Shown: piece by piece, positions 28,105 to 37,500 of the stretch | Numbering within the stretch: position 1 is the first letter of the stretch | Layout of the letters: every line of letters begins with the position of its first letter | Origin: Candidatus Hydrogenedentota bacterium | Lineage (GTDB): Bacteria; Hydrogenedentota; Hydrogenedentia; Hydrogenedentales; CAILVY01 | DNA: 64,000 bases | Assembly (NCBI GenBank): GCA_903837785.1 | Contig: CAILVY010000137.1 | Coordinates: 15,225 to 79,224 of the forward strand | Direction: 5' to 3' | Program-made: the position numbers and the translations under genes | Notes under the pieces: generated by a model | What the model was told of the DNA's origin: nothing | What the model saw: only the letters and a program-made list of their open reading frames with translations | Databases searched by the model: none

Positions 28105-29511
28105 TCAGAACCCCCGGAGCAGGATCAGCGTGGTGGCCTCGTAGAGGGCGGCAACGGCAAGCATCCCCCCCGCCAGCAGTGCCCCGCCCAGGACGATGCG
28201 GAGATTGAGGAAGAACTCGGCGGGGAAGGATCCGCGCGTCACGGCGCGCCAAAGCCGGATTGGCCACACCACCACCACGAAGCAGGCCAGGATATAGGCT
28301 TCGAGTTCCAGCACCATCGTGATGCTGTGGTAGGCGTAACCCGAGGCCGCGCCGCTCCAGAGCGGCGCCATGCCGAACCCGACCACGGCAAAGCTCAAGG
28401 CGGTCTTGAGCACGCCGAGCGCCAGCGGAATGATCGAGATGGCGAACGTCAGGCCGAGGGTCTGCACAACGTAGTTGTTGATGAACGTGGCGGCCGTCGC
28501 CTGCAGAATGTCGCCCGAGGCATAGGCCTGCCCGATATAGCTCAACTCGCCCTTCGTGAAGAGCAATCCCATGTACTCGGTGATCCGGTAATTCCAGTAG
28601 GGCAGCAGCATGCCCGCACTCATCGCGCCGAAGAAGATCCCGTAGAGCAACAGGTGCATCCCCAACATCAGGCCCTGCCTCCGGACCGTCTCGCGCAGCA
28701 CGGGCCCCAGCAGCGGCGACGGAAGTTCTGCCAGCCGATGGAAGAAACGCACGTAGGCGATGGCCCCGCCCAGCGCCACAAGCAGCAGCCCGGCTACGGC
28801 GCCCCAGCCGTGGATCGACTTCGCGCGCGTCTGTCCCCCCATCACGGCGCGCGCCCCGTCCTTGGCGCCGTCCTTCGGCATCAGATCCTCCATGCGCGTC
28901 ATTCCGTCCAGGAACAGCGAACCGCGTTTGGCGCCCGCGGCCGCATTAAAATGCCCCTCGACCCCCGGATCGAACGGCAACAAGTACGCCGCCGGGAACC
29001 CGGACACGCCCTGCTTGAGGCGCCCCACAATCGTGAACCATTGCCCGTCCAGTTGGAACGGCGTCTCCCGGGCGAGTTCCCCGGCCAGCACCTCGGGCTT
29101 CCCCGGCTGCGGCAGACGCCCCGAATCGATCAGCGGCGCCAAGTCCTCCACGGGCAATTCCACCGCCACCACCGGCTCCGGCTTGTCCACCTGGAAACCC
29201 AGGTGATCGCGGTCCAACTCCGCCTGCAACGTCTCGATGAGCACGTTTCCCGTGCCCCCGCCGCGGCATTCCGATTCCCGGACCCACACCGGCACGCGCC
29301 CCTCGGCATCGATCACCGCGTCCGGCAGCAGCAACGCATCGAACCAGGGTTGCTCAGACGCCCAGCGCTCTTCGAAAACGGCGACGCACGCGAGTATCGC
29401 CACGCCGGCCAGCAGGATCGCCAAGGGCATGGAAAAGCCCCGCCGGGGCCGTGGAGGCTCGGCGGGGTAAATCTCGATTTCGGGACTCTCGAAGTCTTCC
29501 GGGAGACTCAT
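28105..29511 (-). CDS. membrane protein with a periplasmic N-terminal domain and multi-TM C-terminal region (SpoIIM/DUF95-like, weak)
   Basis: An N-terminal TM is followed by a soluble domain of about 230 aa and then about 6 TM helices. ATG at 29509-29511 overlaps the stop of the upstream ceramidase gene in an ATGA arrangement. Confidence 0.45.
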   Translation of the reverse strand: MSLPEDFESPEIEIYPAEPPRPRRGFSMPLAILLAGVAILACVAVFEERWASEQPWFDALLLPDAVIDAEGRVPVWVRESECRGGGTGNVLIETLQAELDRDHLGFQVDKPEPVVAVELPVEDLAPLIDSGRLPQPGKPEVLAGELARETPFQLDGQWFTIVGRLKQGVSGFPAAYLLPFDPGVEGHFNAAAGAKRGSLFLDGMTRMEDLMPKDGAKDGARAVMGGQTRAKSIHGWGAVAGLLLVALGGAIAYVRFFHRLAELPSPLLGPVLRETVRRQGLMLGMHLLLYGIFFGAMSAGMLLPYWNYRITEYMGLLFTKGELSYIGQAYASGDILQATAATFINNYVVQTLGLTFAISIIPLALGVLKTALSFAVVGFGMAPLWSGAASGYAYHSITMVLELEAYILACFVVVVWPIRLWRAVTRGSFPAEFFLNLRIVLGGALLAGGMLAVAALYEATTLILLRGF

Positions 29512-30920
29512 TGGCTGAGGGCGGCCTGCTGCGTCGCCGGCGTCAGCGCCTCGGCAACATGATGCACCAGCGCCGTGAAATACGCCTCATTGTTCGGCCC
29601 GAACCAGCTCATCAGGGCCGTTTCATAGCCGAGTGGAGTGACGTTGTAGTACTTGTCCGGCGAGAGGTAGCCACAATACGCCGCGCAGAAGCCGGTCGGC
29701 CATGCATCGAGATCCCGCCGCTTTGCCCATTGCTTCCACTCAATGCTGATCTCGCCGCTCAGGTCAAACGGCACGCCCACAAACAGCAGCTTCCCCACGC
29801 GCACGCCCTGAATCCAACCCTCCGGCGGCACGCCGAAAATCTTGGCCACGAACGGCGACACGCGCAGGCCGGGGTTCTTCTCCAGGGGCCGCATCTGGAA
29901 CGGCGGCATGCCCAGGGGCACCCCAAGCGACACGATGTCCGGATTGCTTTCAAACGTCAGGTTCTGGCTGTTGTCGAGCACGAGTTGGGCGAGCGCCTTG
30001 CCCAAGGCGTCAATCCGCGCGTCCGCATTGGGTCCTTCCGGCGCACGCGGGCTGCTCGATCCCAGGGAGCCGCCCAGATACATCGAGAAACCGCCCGTCG
30101 CCTGCTCGATCGTCCGCTGAATCACGCCCGGATACTCCGCGCTGAACTGCATCATGTCGTCATCGTAGTTCGTCGGATGCGCCGAGAAGCGAACCGCGTA
30201 GCACACGTTCTTCTCGTCCTGCTTCACCACGGCAAAATTCAGCTCCGGGTCCACCGCGGCATCGCGCGCCCGGTTCCGAATGTACTGCGTGGCGTCCACG
30301 ACGCCGTGGGCAATCTGGGCCGGCTTCATCTTGTGGTATGCATCGATGATCGCCGTAGCAAATGCATTACCCAGCAGTTCCGGGATCTTCGGATCGTATT
30401 TCCCGCCCGTCACGTATCCCGCGATGCCCGGAGCCCATCCGCCCGGGCCGCAATGTGTGTGGCTCGCGGTGAACAGGATGTTCTTCTCCGTGAGCGGCGT
30501 CTCTTTCGCCACGCGCTCCCGGCAGATCGCCGCCACATTCGGCGGAACCAGCAGCAGGTCGGACCCCGTGATCGCCACCATGTCCTTCCCGTCGCTGAGC
30601 ACCAGCGCCTTCACGTACAGATCGTCGTGGACGCCCGTTGACGGCGCCCCTTTGCGCGCCCCGTAGCCGCCCAGCGGCGTGCCTATCGGCGGCGTACACA
30701 GGCTTGATGCCCACCCGGCCTGCAGTTGACCGGGCGATTTCGAGAACTCCGACAGCTTTGCCGCCGCGTCTATGTCTTCAAGCGCCTTCTTGTAGTAAGC
30801 CGAAGACTCGAACTTCGAGTCCTTGTACGTGGGCCACGGCCCGATAAACGCTACAAAACTCACCACAACGAGGAGAATTAAGGCCACAAACCCTATGAGT
30901 ATCTTCTTCCAGAGCGACAT
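29508..30920 (-). CDS. neutral/alkaline ceramidase family protein
   Basis: The N-terminal segment GGYGARKGAPSTGVHDDLYVKALVLSDGKDMVAITGSDLLLVP...ILFTASHTHCGPGGW parallels Pseudomonas aeruginosa neutral ceramidase (MGYANLEQVGAGIHMRQWARAFVIEE...NTDLGM...MLAATHTHSGPGGF). A signal-anchor precedes it. The start is taken at M 30920 (MSLWKK). Confidence 0.8.
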   Translation of the reverse strand: MSLWKKILIGFVALILLVVVSFVAFIGPWPTYKDSKFESSAYYKKALEDIDAAAKLSEFSKSPGQLQAGWASSLCTPPIGTPLGGYGARKGAPSTGVHDDLYVKALVLSDGKDMVAITGSDLLLVPPNVAAICRERVAKETPLTEKNILFTASHTHCGPGGWAPGIAGYVTGGKYDPKIPELLGNAFATAIIDAYHKMKPAQIAHGVVDATQYIRNRARDAAVDPELNFAVVKQDEKNVCYAVRFSAHPTNYDDDMMQFSAEYPGVIQRTIEQATGGFSMYLGGSLGSSSPRAPEGPNADARIDALGKALAQLVLDNSQNLTFESNPDIVSLGVPLGMPPFQMRPLEKNPGLRVSPFVAKIFGVPPEGWIQGVRVGKLLFVGVPFDLSGEISIEWKQWAKRRDLDAWPTGFCAAYCGYLSPDKYYNVTPLGYETALMSWFGPNNEAYFTALVHHVAEALTPATQQAALSQ

Positions 30921-31068
30921 GATGCCTCCAAACTGTTTTGTACCCGAACTGCGCAACGACGGCCATTGGACCCGGCCGCGCGCCGGGATGGATTCAGTCC
31001 TGCCAAAATACCCGGAGTCCGGTGCCCAGGCCTGCCGGCCTCTGCTCCCCGGACCCCCGAAACCGTCC

Positions 31069-32103
31069 TTAGCGGTCGATCGATGCTTTCAAGACATTAT
31101 CCCTGTTTTCCGCCACGAGGTCAAACGCCGCCTGTGTTTCTTCAAGCGGAAAGGAGTGCGTGATCAGCGATCGAACGTCCAGGCGGCCGGAGGCCGCCAG
31201 CGCAATCGTATTCGGGAAATTGTGACAAAACCTCCGGCACCACCGCAGGCTGAGCTCGCGCCGGCGCGCGATGCTCACCGGCAGCGGATCCCACTCCTCG
31301 CCCGAGATCCCAACCAGCACGCAACGCCCCGCGGGACGCGTGGCCTGCACGGCCAGCCCCAGCCCCTCCGAGGCATTCGTACAATCGATAGCCACATCCA
31401 CCCCGCGCCCGTTCGTCGCCGCCAGGATCTCCGCCACCGGATCTTGCGTGCGCGCCGAAAAGGCCGCGTCCACTCCAAAGCGGCGCCCCGCCTCCAGGCG
31501 ATACTCGAGCAGATCCGCCCCGTACAGCGTGCGCGCCCCCGAGAATTTCGCCACCTGGGCCGTAAGCAGGCCGATCGGACCCAGTCCGAAGACGGCGACG
31601 GTCTCGCCCGGCGCGAGTTGCGCCAACTCAACCGCATGCACCGCCACCGCGGCCGGTTCAATCATCGCCGCCTCTTGCAGGCTCATCGTGTCCGGAATCG
31701 GAAAGCAGAAGGCCGCGTGCACCGTCATGTACTCGCAGAACGCGCCATTGGCCCCCGGCCCCCCCGGAAAGAACATCTTCCGGCACACGTTGTAATGCCC
31801 GGTTGCGCACGATTCGCACGCGAGACACGGAATCCCCGGTTCCACCGCCACGCGCTTGCCCAGCAGCGCCGGATCCGCCTCGGCGCCCACCGCTTCCACG
31901 ATGCCCGCATATTCGTGCCCGAGGATCACCGGCTCAGTCAACACCTGCTGCGTGCCGATCCGGCCCTCCCGATAGTAGTGCAGGTCCGAACCGCATATGC
32001 CCACCGACGCGACCCGGATCAGCGCCTCTTGCGGCTTCGGCGAAGGCCGTTCGATCTCTATCAGCCGCATTTTCCGCGGCGCATACCACTGAACTGCTTT
32101 CAT
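31069..32103 (-). CDS. zinc-dependent medium-chain alcohol/polyol dehydrogenase (sorbitol/threonine dehydrogenase-like)
   Basis: The catalytic zinc site GICGSDLHYY, the GHE motif (GHEYAG), the structural-zinc Cys cluster CLACESCATGHYNVC, and the GLGPIG Rossmann motif are all present. Confidence 0.85.
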   Translation of the reverse strand: MKAVQWYAPRKMRLIEIERPSPKPQEALIRVASVGICGSDLHYYREGRIGTQQVLTEPVILGHEYAGIVEAVGAEADPALLGKRVAVEPGIPCLACESCATGHYNVCRKMFFPGGPGANGAFCEYMTVHAAFCFPIPDTMSLQEAAMIEPAAVAVHAVELAQLAPGETVAVFGLGPIGLLTAQVAKFSGARTLYGADLLEYRLEAGRRFGVDAAFSARTQDPVAEILAATNGRGVDVAIDCTNASEGLGLAVQATRPAGRCVLVGISGEEWDPLPVSIARRRELSLRWCRRFCHNFPNTIALAASGRLDVRSLITHSFPLEETQAAFDLVAENRDNVLKASIDR

Positions 32104-32308
32104 GGCCTCTCTCGTCTCCTTACGGCAATCTTCGCTCCGGGAACACGTACGTCATGACGCCCATTCTAGCCTGCGGACTCCCAAGTTGCGAACCGGCGCC
32201 TTCAGGCGGGCGCCCAAACCCCGTCTTTTCCCCCCGCCGGGACGGCCCTTCCCAAATTGATCGCTTTGTGGCAGAATGGCCATAATCTCCCCAGTAAGGA
32301 AGTACGGC

Positions 32309-32902
32309 ATGGAAGTCGATGCTGCGGTGCCGGATGTTGCGCTTATGCTGCGCGTGTGCGAAGGGGACGAGTCTGCCTTCGCAGTCCTGCATGATCGCTA
32401 TCAGCACCGCGTGCTGAATTTCTTCTTCGGCATGAGCGGCAACGCCCACACGGCCAATGACCTTTGCCAGGAAACCTTCCTGCGTATCTGGAAAGTCAGA
32501 AAGCGCTACAAAGCCACGGGGCCCTTTCCGGCCTACCTTTTTGCCGTGGCGCGGATGATCTGGCTCGAACGGCGCCGTGAACAGCAGAAGGTCTGGCGCT
32601 TGGGCGTCCGCCTGGATGCCGATGACGGATGGGATGTGGCCGCGGATGCCGGCGGCAATCCGGATGTGCGCGCCGCCCGTTCCGAAATGCAGGACCGAAT
32701 CTTCCGGGCGCTTGAAGACCTCCCGGAAGAGCAGCGGATAGTGTTCGTGATGCGGAACATCCAAGGATTGTCTCTGGAGGACATTGCGCGATCGCTGGAT
32801 TGTCCCGTCAACACAGTGCGTTCAAGAAAGATCCTCGCGGTGAAGAAAGTGCGGCACCTGCTTGAAAAGGTGTTCGCCTCCAGTCTTGACCGGACGATTT
32901 AG
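32309..32902 (+). CDS. RNA polymerase ECF sigma factor (sigma-70 family)
   Basis: Region 2 (FLRIWKVRKRYK...YLFAVARM) and region 4 (LEDIARSLDCPVNTVRSRKILAVKKV) are present. A possible sigma70 promoter lies upstream: TTGATC, an 18-nt spacer, then CATAAT at about 32255-32286. Confidence 0.8.
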   Translation: MEVDAAVPDVALMLRVCEGDESAFAVLHDRYQHRVLNFFFGMSGNAHTANDLCQETFLRIWKVRKRYKATGPFPAYLFAVARMIWLERRREQQKVWRLGVRLDADDGWDVAADAGGNPDVRAARSEMQDRIFRALEDLPEEQRIVFVMRNIQGLSLEDIARSLDCPVNTVRSRKILAVKKVRHLLEKVFASSLDRTI

Positions 32903-32915
32903 GAGCAAGGTGGCC

Positions 32916-33398
32916 ATGGACTGCAGACAAATACAGAGCCGATTCACGGGGTACGTGGACGGTGACCTGCGTCCCGCGGAGCGCCGATCCATCGAAAGGC
33001 ATGTGGCAGCCTGTGCCGCCTGCCGGGAGGAGTTGGCGGCGTTGCGGTGTTTTCTCAGCGACTGTCACGAGTTCATCGTACATCCGGGCGCGGCTTATTC
33101 CTTCGAAGCCCTGCGCGCGCGTATGGCCGCCGTGGAGCCGCTTGACGAAGTCATCGCGTTCCTCCCCAAGCTCAAGATTGGCGGTTTTGTCCCCCGGCTC
33201 GCCGTGGCCACGGCCATGATGTTGCTCGTCAGCGGCATGCCGCAGACCCTGCGGAACTCGCGCCAGGTCTACAACGCCGTTCGCCTCTCGTTTGCCGCAC
33301 AAACGACGCAGTGGGAAGACAAATATCAGGATCAACTCGACCTGCAGTACCGCGAGCGCATCGAACGCATCGGCCAGGACCGCGGCCCCCTGGCCTGA
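32916..33398 (+). CDS. anti-sigma factor (zf-HC2 type) with one TM
   Basis: The N-terminal segment CRQIQSRFTGYVDGDLRPAERRSIERHVAACAACREE is the HxxxCxxC zinc-finger anti-sigma signature. The gene lies directly downstream of the ECF sigma gene. Confidence 0.65.
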   Translation: MDCRQIQSRFTGYVDGDLRPAERRSIERHVAACAACREELAALRCFLSDCHEFIVHPGAAYSFEALRARMAAVEPLDEVIAFLPKLKIGGFVPRLAVATAMMLLVSGMPQTLRNSRQVYNAVRLSFAAQTTQWEDKYQDQLDLQYRERIERIGQDRGPLA

Positions 33399-33419
33399 GG
33401 CAACCCCCTTGCCCAGAGG

Positions 33420-34703
33420 CTACTCCGCTTCCCGCGGATTCCCCAGATCGGGCCGCCGGCGCGGCGGCGCGCCATAGGCCACCTTCCAGGCGATTCCCGC
33501 CAGGATAAGCAGGATAAATCCCACGCCCAACCCGATGCCCAGCCCGGCCAGTTGCCCGGCCGTCATGCGGGCAGCTGTGTCGGCCATCGCCGCAAAAAAG
33601 CCCGGCTTGGGGGGCATGGCCGAAGGCGGCTGTACGGCAGCCACGGAACCCGTATTCGCATCCGCCGGCTCGCTGACCTTTTCCGGGCCGGCCGTTGCGC
33701 CGGCCACTGCCGGGTCAGAAGTTGCCGCGCTTGTGGCGGCCGCTGCGGTCGCCGCGGGGTCGGCCGGCGGCGTGGCCGGAACCGCCGGACCGGGCTTCGC
33801 CGCGGCCACGGGCGGATGGGCACCCGGGGGAGTGTTGTTTGCAGTCAGGGTCTTCGGATGCCCCGCCGGGAGATTCTTCGCCAGTTTGCCCAAGGACGCA
33901 TTCAGCGCCGCGGGCACCCCGTTCTTGGGCGCACCGGGAGTGGCCCCGGCTTTCACGCCGGAATTATTGGGAGACGCGCCAGGCATACCCGGAAGCACTT
34001 GCCCCGAAGCGGTGCTGGCTGTGGTTGTCAGGCCGGCTGCCGTGCCGGCGCCAGTGCCGGCCCCCGTGGAATTCCCCGTGTTCGTATTGCCGCTCGTCGA
34101 GTTCCCCGTGTTCGTATTGCCCGTGTTCGTGTTGCCGCCCGTGCTGGTTCCGCCGGGAACCACCCCCCCGGTCTGCTGGGTCGCCCGGCCGTTGATTTGC
34201 GTCATGACCGGCGCGGAGTACTGGGCCGGGCCATTTGTGCGGTATTCTACCTGTCCGGAAACCATCACGGATCCGCTGGCTTCCGCCGGGGGCGTCAGGA
34301 CATATGCGAACGCAAACGGCAATTCCGGATTCGTGATCCACGCGAACTGGAGCGTGCCGCTCGCGCCCACTTGCGGCGCGATGGCGGGAGGTTGCCCGCT
34401 GATGCCGCGCATGCCGCCAAAAACCCACCCGGGAGGAACGTCTTCGTAGAGGCCCAAGGCTGTGAGCTTCGCCGGGTCGTTGGCGCTGATCGAGATCACG
34501 AGCTCAAACGGCTGCCCTGCCACATATTCCGGGGGCGCCTGCCGTGTCAGTATCATCGCGATCTCGTTAATTTCGCCCTCCGTGCCTTGGGCGCCCGCGA
34601 ACGACGGCAGCAAGACCGCTGCCAGGACGGCCATCATCATTGCCAGGGCGGCCGTCGGCCTGACGGGCGTGGCACTCGTGCACATTGAAGCTTGTTTACG
34701 CAT
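33420..34703 (-). CDS. cell-surface protein: signal peptide, one copy of a ~130-aa repeated domain, NTNTGN repeats, Thr/Pro/Ala linker, C-terminal TM anchor
   Basis: The signal peptide is MMMAVLAAVLLPSFAGA. The domain LTALGLYEDVPPGWVF...LQFAWITNPELPFAFAYVLTPP...SGQVEYRTNGPAQYS is homologous to two domains in the upstream gene. The C-terminus has a hydrophobic helix followed by a basic tail. Confidence 0.5.
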   Translation of the reverse strand: MRKQASMCTSATPVRPTAALAMMMAVLAAVLLPSFAGAQGTEGEINEIAMILTRQAPPEYVAGQPFELVISISANDPAKLTALGLYEDVPPGWVFGGMRGISGQPPAIAPQVGASGTLQFAWITNPELPFAFAYVLTPPAEASGSVMVSGQVEYRTNGPAQYSAPVMTQINGRATQQTGGVVPGGTSTGGNTNTGNTNTGNSTSGNTNTGNSTGAGTGAGTAAGLTTTASTASGQVLPGMPGASPNNSGVKAGATPGAPKNGVPAALNASLGKLAKNLPAGHPKTLTANNTPPGAHPPVAAAKPGPAVPATPPADPAATAAAATSAATSDPAVAGATAGPEKVSEPADANTGSVAAVQPPSAMPPKPGFFAAMADTAARMTAGQLAGLGIGLGVGFILLILAGIAWKVAYGAPPRRRPDLGNPREAE

Positions 34704-34716
34704 GGACTTCCCTTGT

Positions 34717-35739
34717 TTAGAGCTTGCGATATGCGAATCGATTTGATTTGGCGGCAAAGCATAGCGCAACCGCCAGCACAGCCATCACAAACCAATCCGA
34801 CCCATGGCCCGCGGCGCCGGATTCAGCCGAACCCGAACAACACAGCACTTTCGGGTCCAGTGTTGCGCGCTCCACCTGGGTCAGTTCTGTGTTCGAATAC
34901 TGCGCGGCACCGCCGGTCCGATACTCGACATAGCCGGAAATCGTCTTCGTGCCGTCGTCGCCCGAAGCCGGCACAACCGCATAAGTGAGCGTGTACGGGA
35001 GGATGGGGATGGCGATCCAGGCGAACGTCAGCGTTCCCGTGTTCCCCGCTGCAGGTGCCACGCCGGGGAGCGCTCCACTTGCCGACACCAGGCGTTCAAA
35101 GGTCCAGCCCGGGGGAATCGTCTCGTTCAGCCCCATCGCCCTGATATCCCCCGCCTGCTCGACCGAGATCGTGACAGTGATTTCAAAGGAGCCGCCCGGC
35201 GTATAGCCTCCGGGTACTGCCCGGTCCAGCGTCAAACCGAGTTCGTTTGCTCCTTCGCCTTCGCCTTCGCCCTCCGCAGACGCCGAGGCAATTTGCGAGG
35301 TCTCCGCGTCACTCGTGAACTCAGGGCCATCCAGCCGGTAATGCACCGAGCCAGAGAACATCTTGGGACCCACGGCGTCCTGAGGGATATGGAGCGTATA
35401 GGCAAAGGAGCACGGAAACGTGGGTTGGGATATCCAAAAACACTCCACGGGGCTTGTTGGCGTTGCCTGCACAAGCGAACTTGGCGCAACGCCGCTAATG
35501 TTCCGAAAACTCACATAGACCCACTCGGGCGGTACAGCTTCTTGCAGTCCAACGGCCGTGACGGCTCCTGAACTGGCCGCTGTCAGCGTGAGAACGACCT
35601 CGACATCCGTGCCCGGAGTGTATTCCAGGGGCACGCTTCGGTCGAGGACGATGCCCAGCGGATTCGTCTCGGTCTGCGCCAGCGCTATTGCGGAGGACAA
35701 CAGGATGAGGGCTGCCACACTCAGGCGCTGCGCGTTCAT
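34717..35739 (-). CDS. secreted protein with two tandem copies of the same ~130-aa domain
   Basis: The signal peptide is MNAQRLSVAALILLSSAIALAQ. Domain 1 is VTAVGLQEAVPPEWVY...SGSVHYRLDGPEFTS. Domain 2 is IRAMGLNETIPPGWTF...TFAWIAIPILPYTLTYAVVP...SGYVEYRTGGAAQYS. A C-terminal hydrophobic segment is present. Confidence 0.5.
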   Translation of the reverse strand: MNAQRLSVAALILLSSAIALAQTETNPLGIVLDRSVPLEYTPGTDVEVVLTLTAASSGAVTAVGLQEAVPPEWVYVSFRNISGVAPSSLVQATPTSPVECFWISQPTFPCSFAYTLHIPQDAVGPKMFSGSVHYRLDGPEFTSDAETSQIASASAEGEGEGEGANELGLTLDRAVPGGYTPGGSFEITVTISVEQAGDIRAMGLNETIPPGWTFERLVSASGALPGVAPAAGNTGTLTFAWIAIPILPYTLTYAVVPASGDDGTKTISGYVEYRTGGAAQYSNTELTQVERATLDPKVLCCSGSAESGAAGHGSDWFVMAVLAVALCFAAKSNRFAYRKL

Positions 35740-35836
35740 GGGAACAAGTCCTCCCTTACAGTAACCAAGGCCTTGCTGACTCAACGTTTGAAAGCGGGTT
35801 CAGGCTGACAGCCGCCTAACGCTATTCGCGGGCGGA

Positions 35837-36643
35837 TTATACCACACGGCCGCGATGCTTCCCCGGCCGCAGGATCAGGCGGGAAAGGCGAAGATAAATG
35901 CGAAAACTGTCCGCAATCCTGCGGAAGTGGGAGGAGCGGTTGCCTTCTTCATAAATCGTGCGGATGGGGACGCTTTCGATGCGGCAGCCCTCCCGAAGGG
36001 CTTTGACGACAATTTCCATTTCCGTTTCGTAGCGTCCGCCGGACACGCTTTCCAGCACGGCCTCCGCAAATTGCCGCGAAAAGAGCCGGAATCCGGACTG
36101 GGTGTCGGGAAGCCGTGCGCCGAGCAGGAGCGCCGTGAGCGCGGCGGTCACCCGATTGCCAAAGCGGCTGCGCCACGGCACGAGATCCTCGTTGAACGTG
36201 CGTGCGCCTATCACCAAATCCGCCCCGTGCTCCAGGAAAGCGGCATGGAGCTTCGGGATTTCCGCCGGGTCATGCTGGCCGTCGGCATCCAGGCAGCACA
36301 CCGCTTCCATGGCCGGGTCTTCCAGGGCCGCCCGTAATCCGGCCAGCAGCGCATGGCCCTTCCCGCGGTTGTGAGGGAAAGTAATTACCCGAATGGGCAG
36401 GTCCGCGAGCGCCTGAACCCCGCCGTCCGTGCTGCCGTCATCCACCAGGACCAGCCGCTCGAAATAGGGCTGCGCCTGCGCGATCACGGGGCGCACTCGA
36501 GGCCCGGCGTTGTAGCATGGCACGACGCCGGCCAGCCCGTGGCAACGCCTCCCGGATGCAGAACCAGACTGCGGCGGCATGTCACGACTCCATAATGAGA
36601 ACCACTCGGAACAAAGGGTAGAGTTCAAGGGAGGGAAAAGCAA
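35837..36643 (-). CDS. family 2 glycosyltransferase (dolichol-phosphate mannosyltransferase-like)
   Basis: The motifs VVPCYNAG, VLVDDGSTDG, and the DxD-like LDADGQHDP are present. An alternative start is M at 36580. Confidence 0.75.
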   Translation of the reverse strand: MLFPPLNSTLCSEWFSLWSRDMPPQSGSASGRRCHGLAGVVPCYNAGPRVRPVIAQAQPYFERLVLVDDGSTDGGVQALADLPIRVITFPHNRGKGHALLAGLRAALEDPAMEAVCCLDADGQHDPAEIPKLHAAFLEHGADLVIGARTFNEDLVPWRSRFGNRVTAALTALLLGARLPDTQSGFRLFSRQFAEAVLESVSGGRYETEMEIVVKALREGCRIESVPIRTIYEEGNRSSHFRRIADSFRIYLRLSRLILRPGKHRGRVV

Positions 36644-36652
36644 AACCGCGGT

Positions 36653-37312
36653 TCAGCGGGATTCCAGGGCGTTGAGGCGATCCCGCGCCACCCGGCTCGC
36701 GTTCGCCACCAACTCCGCAATCCGCTCGCAGGCCGTGTTGATATCCTGAAATGTCACGTCGGCCTCCGGGCGCTTCTCCAGTTCAATCGCGAGCAGGTCA
36801 ATTCCGGCCATGATCGTCTGTAACGGGTTGTTCACGGCATGGGAGAGCCGGCTGAACGTCTGCAGCATCTCCCGTTCGCCCTGCGGCAACACCACCCCTT
36901 TTTCCGCCAGGACGCGCTGAAACGCGCGCAGCCGGAGTGCCGCCTTCACCCAAGCCGTCAACGCGGTCTCGTCGATGGGTTTCGTGAGATACCCGTCTGC
37001 TCCGGCCTTCAGCCCCTCGGCAATATCCGAATCGCCGGTGCGCACCGCTGAAATCAACACGATGGGAACCTGCCCCGTGACGGCATCTTCCTTCAGGCGC
37101 CGGCAAATCTCGATCCCGCTCAGGTCCGGCAGATGCACATCCAGCAGAACCAAATCCAGGTTCGGATTGCAGCGCACAGCCTCCAGGGTCTGGCTGCCGC
37201 TCACCGCCTCGATGACCTCGTACTGCGCCTTCTTGCTCAGCAGGAAGCGAAGCAACGCCAGGTCGGCGGGACTGTCATCAGCAACAAGAATTGTGGAAGA
37301 ACTCATAATCAC
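36653..37312 (-). CDS. response-regulator receiver fused to a HisKA-like phosphoacceptor domain, with no HATPase_c domain
   Basis: The REC domain is ILVADDSPADL...LLDVHLPDLSG...GADGYLTKP. The C-terminal H-box is FSRLSHAVNNPLQTIMAGIDLL. The ORF ends after about 70 further residues, so no ATP-binding domain is present. Confidence 0.7.
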   Translation of the reverse strand: MIMSSSTILVADDSPADLALLRFLLSKKAQYEVIEAVSGSQTLEAVRCNPNLDLVLLDVHLPDLSGIEICRRLKEDAVTGQVPIVLISAVRTGDSDIAEGLKAGADGYLTKPIDETALTAWVKAALRLRAFQRVLAEKGVVLPQGEREMLQTFSRLSHAVNNPLQTIMAGIDLLAIELEKRPEADVTFQDINTACERIAELVANASRVARDRLNALESR

Positions 37313-37500
37313 CCACTTTCCACGCCCCCTATACCTCCTGAATTATACTAAAAATGCGTGGGTTTGACAACGGTTCCTTAACTTTCACACCGGAGTCAAC
37401 ACGCCCGCAACACAAATCGATCACGGGAGTCGGGGGACGACTGTCTTGAGTGTGCCCGCGCGATACCCTATCGGCGTTGCCGGGCATCACGGGTATGACG

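Noticed and set aside
26480-28144. 554-aa plus-strand ORF, and 28018..29562 plus-strand ORF
   Set aside because: They are antisense to the two Tat-exported genes and to the membrane protein.
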